IMG/VR virus record: IMGVR_UViG_3300042467_000560
Location: 1-40,011 of that record
Length of the DNA: 40,011 nucleotides
Origin: a virus
Taxonomy: Duplodnaviria > Caudoviricetes
Strand: one strand, 5' to 3'
Numbering within the stretch: position 1 is the stretch's first letter; every line of letters starts with the position of its first letter. Under the pieces are notes generated by a model that worked only from the letters and a program-made list of their open reading frames with translations, did not search any database and was not told the origin of the DNA. Shown here piece by piece: positions 1 through 5,860 of this stretch. The position numbers were made by a program, and so were the translations under genes.

Positions 1-76
1 ACCTAGTTTAGAAACTAATTTGTCAAAACTTCCTTGCACTTCAATACCATTTACTACCAAATAACAATTATGACTT
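1..76. repeat. Terminal direct repeat, left copy (circularity signature)
   Basis: Bases 1-76 are identical to 39936-40011. Confidence 0.97.
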
Positions 77-189
77 CCCCACATCGATTCAATCTTAACA
101 ATGTCTTTCTCAACAAAAGCATATAAGCGTGGACGGAAATGTCGTTCATCTTTCTTATTAGCTTCTCTAAATACAAATATCTTATTCAT
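1..189 (-). CDS. Hypothetical protein, 69 aa, spanning the origin (189->1 then 39935->39915)
   Basis: Manual translation MNKIFVFREANKKDERHFRPRLYAFVEKDIVKIESMWGSHNCYLVVNGIEVQGSFDKLVSKLGERVDIE*; RBS AAGGATAAAACC-ATG; markedly AT-rich; not in the ORF track. Confidence 0.8.
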   Translation of the reverse strand, partial: MNKIFVFREANKKDERHFRPRLYAFVEKDIVKIESMWGSHNCYLVVNGIEVQGSFDKLVSKLG

Positions 190-203
190 GGTTTTATCCT
201 TTT

Positions 204-356
204 CTATTGCCGATTCAAGTCTTGCAGCGCCAATGCCTCATCTCGCTCTTTCGCAGCTGCGTGGAGTTCGCGTTCCAGTTGTGCCGCAAAACAAGCATGG
301 ACGATCCCACTCTCGTACCATCTTGTCTCTTCCCTTGTTCTTGGTGTGTCGCTCAT
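204..356 (-). CDS. Small coiled-coil cassette protein (MSDTPRT...FAAQLEREL type), 50 aa
   Basis: ATG at 356 lies in the GGAGGCCAAGCCATGA junction; it is the 3' part of track ORF 204..566. Confidence 0.8.
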   Translation of the reverse strand: MSDTPRTREETRWYESGIVHACFAAQLERELHAAAKERDEALALQDLNRQ

Positions 357-368
357 GGCTTGGCCTCC
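353..368 (-). repeat. 16-bp cassette junction repeat, copy 1
   Basis: tcatggcttggcctcc, identical at 353-368, 691-706 and 39701-39716. Confidence 0.95.
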
Positions 369-694
369 TTGGCTCGTTGCCAGTCCATGTAGGTGAATGG
401 ATTGTGGTCGTGCGCCATAGCATCTCCAGCCTCCTCCAACCGCTTGATGTGCGCTCTCAGATTTCGGACGTTTGCAATCAACGCATCCTCGCCAAAGTAG
501 GACAGATCCAAGTCGCCTTTGAGATTCTTGTTCTCGATCTCCAGACACGTCATAGAGCGCGCCCACTGTGGTTTGAACGTCTCGCAGTAGGACGATCCGC
601 AGCTATAGCAGTCGATGCAGTTCTGCGTTTTGCTAAATGGCAGACCGCAGTGGGGGCAGACCATTTTGGTGGCGTCAACAAGATGGTCGGTCAT
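353..694 (-). CDS. Zn-ribbon cassette protein ending EAKP
   Basis: CPHC and CYSC motifs, then HIKRLEE coiled coil; both ends lie in junction repeats. Confidence 0.8.
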   Translation of the reverse strand: MTDHLVDATKMVCPHCGLPFSKTQNCIDCYSCGSSYCETFKPQWARSMTCLEIENKNLKGDLDLSYFGEDALIANVRNLRAHIKRLEEAGDAMAHDHNPFTYMDWQRAKEAKP

Positions 695-706
695 GGCTTG
701 GCCTCC
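691..706 (-). repeat. 16-bp cassette junction repeat, copy 2
   Basis: tcatggcttggcctcc. Confidence 0.95.
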
Positions 707-900
707 ACGATTCGGATCACCTCATCCAACGCCTTGGCGTCTTCGGAGATCCACTTTTCACCGGCCAGCAAACTCTCAAGTTGTTCGATGCGTTCCTTTG
801 CCTCGGCCAGCTCATTGGCCAAGCGATGGGCGAAGTCTGCGTCCACGACCCAGCGGTCTGGTCCTATCGAAAATTCCCTGACTGTTACTCGTTCGCTCAT
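691..900 (-). CDS. Small coiled-coil cassette protein ending EAKP
   Basis: SD AGGAGGGG, ATGA overlap; VDADFAHRLANEL..ERIEQLE resembles neighbouring genes. Confidence 0.8.
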   Translation of the reverse strand: MSERVTVREFSIGPDRWVVDADFAHRLANELAEAKERIEQLESLLAGEKWISEDAKALDEVIRIVEAKP

Positions 901-1172
901 CGTGCGCCCCTCCTGTAGCGAGCCACTGTTGTCTCAGAGACACCAAGCGCCTGAGCCGCAGCAGCAACCGTCACCTCTCGAGGCAGTGCCCGTATCTTGT
1001 CAGCAATGTGTTTTGCAATGCTTGGCCTGCCTATCTTGCTGGGCCTGTAGCCTACCGGGTTACGCAGATCTGCCAACTCCTGCTCCATACGACGCGCCTC
1101 GGCTATCAGTGAAGGCATCGGAAGCTCTCGGCCGAACAGTCTGAACGTGTGGTTGTTCGTACGTGGTGTCAT
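897..1172 (-). CDS. Helix-turn-helix protein, 91 aa
   Basis: Start MTPRT at an ATGA overlap; C-terminal HTH VAAAAQALGVSETTVARYRR. Confidence 0.75.
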   Translation of the reverse strand: MTPRTNNHTFRLFGRELPMPSLIAEARRMEQELADLRNPVGYRPSKIGRPSIAKHIADKIRALPREVTVAAAAQALGVSETTVARYRRGAR

Positions 1173-1258
1173 GCTCCAATCCTCCCGAGTACGTATCCAA
1201 GTGTCATCAGGGCCACTGCCCCCCAGAGTATCAGGGCCATCTTCAGGTTCTGGTTCAT
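1169..1258 (-). CDS. Small single-TM peptide, 29 aa
   Basis: MNQNLKMALILWGAVALMTLGYVLGRIGA; ATGA-coupled on both sides. Confidence 0.65.
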   Translation of the reverse strand: MNQNLKMALILWGAVALMTLGYVLGRIGA

Positions 1259-1464
1259 TTCTTCTTCCCACGTGTGTTCTTGTTGCGCTTGAATGACAGC
1301 TTGGACCTGTGCTCGAAGGCTTTGAGTTCCTCGGCAAAGGCTGGGTCTGTCAGGCCGCGCCTCTGTAGCCAAGCCTTGTACTTAGCGTTCATGTACTCTT
1401 GAGAGATCATCGGCTCCGCGGGTAGGGAGTCCGTGATCTGCATGGATGGTGGTCGTTGTCTCAT
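1255..1464 (-). CDS. Hypothetical basic protein, 69 aa
   Basis: Start MRQRPP at an ATGA overlap with the upstream stop. Confidence 0.65.
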   Translation of the reverse strand: MRQRPPSMQITDSLPAEPMISQEYMNAKYKAWLQRRGLTDPAFAEELKAFEHRSKLSFKRNKNTRGKKK

Positions 1465-1847
1465 TTTGTCGATTTGATGTTGTGTAGAATTGTTGTTCTG
1501 CGTCGGATTGTCATAACTGCGTCGCACCAGTCAGATCTCTTGATTTGTTTTCCAGCATCATAGGCTTCGATGATCCTGTTAGCGTTCTCTATTTCTAGAT
1601 TGCATTGAGAGATCAATTCATCCCTCTCGTTAGAGAATACTAGTTGGTCATCAGCATCCATCTTTGCCCACTCCTCTGAGCTGACGACCTCAACCATGTG
1701 CATCGGAGTCCGTGGCTGTTCTCCACCATCACGCCAGTACAGATCGACAACCTCCACGCCGTTGCGGACGTAGGGACCGTTCTCCGATGATCCAACCTTC
1801 CCATCGTTGGATCCTGATACTTTTCTGAAATAGTGCATGGGATGCAA
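1461..1847 (-). CDS. Hypothetical protein
   Basis: 128-aa ORF in the operon; start uncertain (TTG 1847 or ATG 1838); lower GC. Confidence 0.7.
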   Translation of the reverse strand: MHPMHYFRKVSGSNDGKVGSSENGPYVRNGVEVVDLYWRDGGEQPRTPMHMVEVVSSEEWAKMDADDQLVFSNERDELISQCNLEIENANRIIEAYDAGKQIKRSDWCDAVMTIRRRTTILHNIKSTK

Positions 1848-1870
1848 AGTTTGCAGGTGATGTCCACCCC

Positions 1871-2209
1871 TCAGAAGTCGAGACCGCTGATAGAACGGAC
1901 GTTTTTCTTCCAGTTGCGGTTTCCAACGGGATCCGCGCTCTTAGGGCAGTAGCGGTCAGCGAGGAAGTCTAGGAACTTGCCCGGCTTGCCAGCTCGGATC
2001 CAGCGGGTGTGGCTGTTGCGTATGGTGTTCAAGCAGACCTTGCGAGCCTCTGTGGCATTGGCGACTCGGACAGATAGTATTCCGTATGGAGCCTTGGCCT
2101 TGGAACCACCCTCGACACGATAGATGGCGTCAGCGATGCGGTTGGCGTCTAGAGCGAGAGCGTTGGTTGCGACGAGAGCGAATAGGACGAGATACTTTTT
2201 AAGATACAT
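1871..2209 (-). CDS. Signal-peptide lysozyme-like / lytic transglycosylase-like protein (candidate endolysin)
   Basis: N-terminal KK-hydrophobic-ALA signal; IADAIYRVEGG catalytic-Glu-like motif followed by PYGI; C-terminal RYCP..NWKKNV. Confidence 0.6.
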   Translation of the reverse strand: MYLKKYLVLFALVATNALALDANRIADAIYRVEGGSKAKAPYGILSVRVANATEARKVCLNTIRNSHTRWIRAGKPGKFLDFLADRYCPKSADPVGNRNWKKNVRSISGLDF

Positions 2210-2270
2210 GGTGAGTTGCTTGTTAAGTTACTTGCTACGGGGAACATGTAATCAGAGTCCTTAAATGCCG

Positions 2271-2293
2271 TCTACAGTTTTCTACAGAAATCT
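2271..2293. promoter_or_regulatory. Putative operator/promoter with tandem TCTACAG boxes
   Basis: tctacagttttctacagaaatct; the 13-mer tctacagaaatct recurs at 5258-5270; intergenic, upstream of the operon. Confidence 0.5.
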
Positions 2294-2336
2294 TTCAGCA
2301 CAGTTCTGACCAATGTTTACGGGCCTAAAATGCGTG

Positions 2337-2525
2337 TCAGGCCTGCGGGAGCTTCTTGAACTTGGCCTCGAACTCAGCCGTCCTTCGGATGAACAGCTTT
2401 CCGTTTCGCTCGTACACCGTTGCCTTCTCCTTCATCTCGCCCACTCGGAACTCCGCCTCGCCCCACACGTCCACTACCACGTTCGGGCTGCCGTACCGCA
2501 CCCACAAGTCGTTCTTCGTTTTCAT
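2337..2525 (-). CDS. Small beta-rich protein (DUF1653-like pattern), 62 aa
   Basis: MKTKNDLW...TVYERNGKLFIRRTAEFEAKF. Confidence 0.6.
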   Translation of the reverse strand: MKTKNDLWVRYGSPNVVVDVWGEAEFRVGEMKEKATVYERNGKLFIRRTAEFEAKFKKLPQA

Positions 2526-2631
2526 CGAGTCTGTCCAATAGGAATCCAATGGTGTCTTTGAGACGCTCGTTCTCTGCACTCAGGGCACTGACCATTGCTG
2601 TCAGCGAGTCGATCCGAGAGGCAGCGTCCAC
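2374..2631 (-). CDS. Hypothetical coiled-coil protein, overlapping the next gene
   Basis: GAGG-GTG start; heptad pattern in the N-terminal half; the 3' half overlaps 2337..2525. Confidence 0.45.
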   Translation of the reverse strand: MDAASRIDSLTAMVSALSAENERLKDTIGFLLDRLDENEERLVGAVRQPERGSGRVGRGGVPSGRDEGEGNGVRAKRKAVHPKDG

Positions 2632-2654
2632 GCCTCACATTATGTTAGAGAAAC

Positions 2655-2717
2655 ACCCCGGCACCAGCCTTAGCTGCTTTAAGGTCCACCTAGGAGGGGA
2701 TAAAACCATGCCGGGGT
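2655..2717 (-). ncRNA. Putative structured RNA carrying an anti-RBS sequence
   Basis: 9-bp stem 2655-2663/2709-2717, inner stem 2668-2672/2680-2684; minus strand carries CAUGGUUUUAUCCCCUCCU. Confidence 0.4.
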
Positions 2718-2786
2718 CACGTATCACACGATACGCTAAAGTGTACGCGTGGTCAGGTATGCGCGTCCCACCATGCAACCAACCTA

Positions 2787-3242
2787 CTAGCGTCCCCCAC
2801 CCAGAACAAAGTGGAGGACAAGAACTGCATCAGCCGTTGCCAATGTGATGTCAAGCGCAGGGTACAGCTCCTCGGCCTTTCCCCTGAGCTTCCGCTTCCA
2901 TTGGGCCTGCGTATCGACCGACTTGCGACCACCTAGACCAAGAGGCTCCTGCCAGACCTTTGGAGGCACCCGATGCAACGAGTAACCTAGAGCCACTGCC
3001 GCACCCTCTACCCTGCCCACGTTCTGGAACAGGACTGCCGTAGTCGATGAAGGGATGTTCTTTCCAGTGAACTTCGGGACCTCCTCGATCCAGAGTTCAG
3101 CATCCGCAGTCTTATAGGTCCGCAAGAGCCCGACTAGTGCGGGTAAACTATCCGGCATAGGCTGCAGCCAGATGGATCCGCCACAGTCACGAATGGCAAG
3201 GCCCCCAGAAGCGCCGGGATCGACCGCTACGAGCGTTTTCAC
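2787..3242 (-). CDS. RuvC-like Holliday junction resolvase
   Basis: VAVDPG, WIEEV, VPPKVWQ and ADAVL acidic catalytic pattern. Confidence 0.8.
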   Translation of the reverse strand: MKTLVAVDPGASGGLAIRDCGGSIWLQPMPDSLPALVGLLRTYKTADAELWIEEVPKFTGKNIPSSTTAVLFQNVGRVEGAAVALGYSLHRVPPKVWQEPLGLGGRKSVDTQAQWKRKLRGKAEELYPALDITLATADAVLVLHFVLGGGR

Positions 3243-4246
3243 GAGCGATCCTTGGCTAGGTAGGTGGACGCAGGCCGGTGCTTAATTAAGCCAGCCAGAC
3301 GCTCGTCGATGCGGTTCTCAGCGTCCTTGCGGGTTAGGCCCATCTTCTGGTACTCCGCTATGAGCCCAGTGATCGACAACTTGCAGGCGTTTATAAATGC
3401 CTCGGATGACAGTCCGGACCTTCCGAACGCCTCGTTGATCTGATCTGGTGCTATCTCCCTGCTGCCGCTTCTGCTCTTCAGGCTGTAGCCCGGGATGTCC
3501 ACGCCTTCTTTGGCTGCCAGCGTGCAGTACTCTTTGACCTCGTCAGCCCACTTAGATGCCACATTGGCGAGGTTTAGTGCCTTGGCCAGAGACTCAGGCG
3601 ATGCCACCGACAAGTCGTCCACCTGAACCATCTCGTAGCCGTCAGCGACCTTGTTGATCTCGGCCAACCGGACCTTGCAGTAGGTACTGTGCTTGCACCA
3701 TCCGCAGTAGTCCGAGATCCGGCACTTGGTGGTCGGGTCGTTTATGGCGTCGAGGATCGGGTAGACGATGTTCTCGGCCTGCTCCCGGGTGATCGTGTAG
3801 CGAGTCGCCTTGCGTTTCTCACCGAACATCAGGTGGACCACGATCTCAATGAAACCATGCGCCTGCATCAGCCCTAGCGCGTAAGCCGCCATTTGCTCCG
3901 CGTAGTTGCGCTCAACCCACTTGAGGTCGAACAACTGGTTGCCAACCACAACGTCCGCAGTTCCTTGTAGGACCACCTTGCCGTCACGCAGGATGTCCAC
4001 TGGTAGCTCCGACTGGATCTGTGATCCGGTGAGGATGTTGGCGTGGACGTAGCCATAGGCCCACTCTACAGCCTCTCGCTCCACGTCGGGCAGCATCGAG
4101 ACTAGTGCTGTCTTTCCAGCGAACATCTCGGACAGTGCGAGATGACGGTCGGTTCCAGCCTCGGTTGCAGCCGTAGGAGGACCGGGTTCGTATCGGGGCG
4201 ACTTCGCCAACGCCGGTAAAGCAGAAGGACGTGCGTGGACGCTCAT
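3239..4246 (-). CDS. PD-(D/E)XK / Cas4-like exonuclease (DUF2800-like)
   Basis: GTDRH, GTADVV, FDLK, QMAAYA and a C-x2-C-x5-C cluster; next to the annealing protein. Confidence 0.8.
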   Translation of the reverse strand: MSVHARPSALPALAKSPRYEPGPPTAATEAGTDRHLALSEMFAGKTALVSMLPDVEREAVEWAYGYVHANILTGSQIQSELPVDILRDGKVVLQGTADVVVGNQLFDLKWVERNYAEQMAAYALGLMQAHGFIEIVVHLMFGEKRKATRYTITREQAENIVYPILDAINDPTTKCRISDYCGWCKHSTYCKVRLAEINKVADGYEMVQVDDLSVASPESLAKALNLANVASKWADEVKEYCTLAAKEGVDIPGYSLKSRSGSREIAPDQINEAFGRSGLSSEAFINACKLSITGLIAEYQKMGLTRKDAENRIDERLAGLIKHRPASTYLAKDRS

Positions 4247-5067
4247 GCGGCCTCCGTGGTCACCTTGTGTGCTGACACAGCCATGGTGAACGCTTCCGGT
4301 TTGCCGAGGATCTTAGCGGCACGGGACTCAGACAGGTCCTTTATAGTCTCCGCAGCCGTGATCCAACCCTTGGCGATGAGGAACTCCCGGCCAGCAGCCA
4401 GCAAGTCAGCCTTGGCCAGCAACTCGACTACCTGAGCCTGCAACGTCAGCTTAGGCTCGTCTGATGCCGTGGTAGGCACCACCTCGACGTCCACAGCCTT
4501 GGCCTGCGGTTGGGTAGCGAGTACCTGCACCGGGGAAGGCTGAGCAAAGTCAGCGATCTCTTCCGGTGTGTAGGTGCCGGTGACAACCTCCGGGCAGAGC
4601 ATGCGGACGGCCTTTGAGATCAGCCTCGCACGCATCATCTCAGCCGGGAACTTAGCCCATCCTGATCCGCCACGCGCAGGAAGGAACCCCGCGGCCTTCG
4701 CGTCGTCAGAGGTGTAGGCCAGCTCGATGTCATTGCCGTCGTAGATCCATTGGGCACGCGCTCCGTTAGCGTCGAACTGCTTCCAAATCACCTTGCCTCC
4801 GCGTTCCCGATAGAGCGCAAGCATGGCATCTGCACGGAGCGAGAGACGGCCTTGGATGACGTGGTAGTGCTTGGCGAGTTCCAGCGGCGGTTTGCGCTCC
4901 ACGATGCACTGGAGAGCGAGGAGGTTGCCCTGCTCAGGACGGTCTGCTCCGAACATTCCAGAGCGGCAGATCCACTCACCCAGTTGGGTAGCGGCTGCCA
5001 TGGGGTCGGCCACCTTGTCGTAGGTGTGAACGGAGTTCTGTGTGGTTACTGCGGGTAGGTTGCTCAT
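4243..5067 (-). CDS. RecT/Red-beta-like single-strand annealing protein
   Basis: WAKFPAEMMRARLISKAVRMLCP...GTYTPEE signature. Confidence 0.75.
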   Translation of the reverse strand: MSNLPAVTTQNSVHTYDKVADPMAAATQLGEWICRSGMFGADRPEQGNLLALQCIVERKPPLELAKHYHVIQGRLSLRADAMLALYRERGGKVIWKQFDANGARAQWIYDGNDIELAYTSDDAKAAGFLPARGGSGWAKFPAEMMRARLISKAVRMLCPEVVTGTYTPEEIADFAQPSPVQVLATQPQAKAVDVEVVPTTASDEPKLTLQAQVVELLAKADLLAAGREFLIAKGWITAAETIKDLSESRAAKILGKPEAFTMAVSAHKVTTEAA

Positions 5068-5216
5068 CGTAGTATAAAGGTTTGTTGCACTGCCTTCTCG
5101 ACCAACGCCTTGACCTTGAAGCCACCATCCCGGGCATAGGCCACGAGCTTGCGGTGGAGGTTGGCGTCGATCTGCACGGTCTTGAGCGCGACCGGCCTGC
5201 GCGGTTTAGCTGTCAC
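5064..5216 (-). CDS. Ribbon-helix-helix DNA-binding protein, 50 aa
   Basis: Manual translation MTAKPRRPVALKTVQIDANLHRKLVAYARDGGFKVKALVEKAVQQTFILR; ATGA-coupled to the annealing gene; not in the track. Confidence 0.7.
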   Translation of the reverse strand: MTAKPRRPVALKTVQIDANLHRKLVAYARDGGFKVKALVEKAVQQTFILR

Positions 5217-5274
5217 GGCGGAGTAGATACCGGACTGCTACTACCGCACAACACAAATCTACAGAAATCTACGG
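5217..5274 (-). promoter_or_regulatory. Putative early promoter/operator
   Basis: Boundary between structural and early genes; TCTAC(A/G)G boxes at 5258 and 5268 with a 10-bp period. Confidence 0.45.
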
Positions 5275-5859
5275 CTTGAGCTGGTTGAGTCTGACCACCT
5301 CGACTGTCGTGTAGATCTCCGGGATGCCGAATCCACAGGCTTTCCCGAGCCCGTCCGCAGTACTCCGCTCACACTGGCGCTTCAGCCGGTACGGAGTCTT
5401 TTTGCGCGGTTCCACAATAGCATCCGCCACAAGATGTCCCTGCACCGTGGAAGCGAAGTAGCCGTTCAGACTGTTGCCAACAGCCTCCTCCGCCAGTGCG
5501 TCCCAGATCTGCAATCGGGTGAGGTCTGTGTAGTGAAACACCGAGTAGGCGCGGATAAGGTAGCGTCCCGGAAGCAGGGTGAACGTGTTGCCAGCAAACT
5601 GCTCTATGATCTCAGAGTCATCCGATGCGACCACGGTGATCTCTCGTGGCAGCATTCCTCCGTAGGTCATGTCCGCCGTGTACTCAGTCATGTCCGCAGT
5701 GAGCAGCGTAGTGTCTGCCGTCAGACTGGACGAGGAGCTGCCGCCAGCCGTGCCACTAGCCTTCCGATCCTGCAACACAGCCACGCGCACGTTAAGCCCG
5801 TCCACGTCGGACCTAAGCTTGTCGATCTGACGAGAAGAGTCTGAGGATCCGTAGGCCAT
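5269..5859 (-). CDS. Hypothetical, probably virion-associated protein
   Basis: N-terminal coiled coil, 7-aa TAD repeats, beta-rich C-terminus; last gene of the structural run. Confidence 0.75.
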   Translation of the reverse strand: MAYGSSDSSRQIDKLRSDVDGLNVRVAVLQDRKASGTAGGSSSSSLTADTTLLTADMTEYTADMTYGGMLPREITVVASDDSEIIEQFAGNTFTLLPGRYLIRAYSVFHYTDLTRLQIWDALAEEAVGNSLNGYFASTVQGHLVADAIVEPRKKTPYRLKRQCERSTADGLGKACGFGIPEIYTTVEVVRLNQLKP

Positions 5860-5860
5860 G

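Noticed and set aside
353-706. Junction repeats as a CRISPR array or integron attC sites
   Set aside because: Repeats are 16 bp, non-palindromic, coding and separated by whole genes; no cas operon or integrase
101-1144. 347-aa plus-strand ORF over the cassette array
   Set aside because: Low-complexity Ser/Leu-rich translation opposite well-coupled minus-strand genes; no RBS
2632-2786. tRNA gene in this gap or near 36960
   Set aside because: No cloverleaf with T-loop GTTCRA and acceptor stem could be built
3239-4246. Cas4-like gene as part of a CRISPR system
   Set aside because: It sits between an annealing protein and a resolvase, the usual phage recombination context; no array
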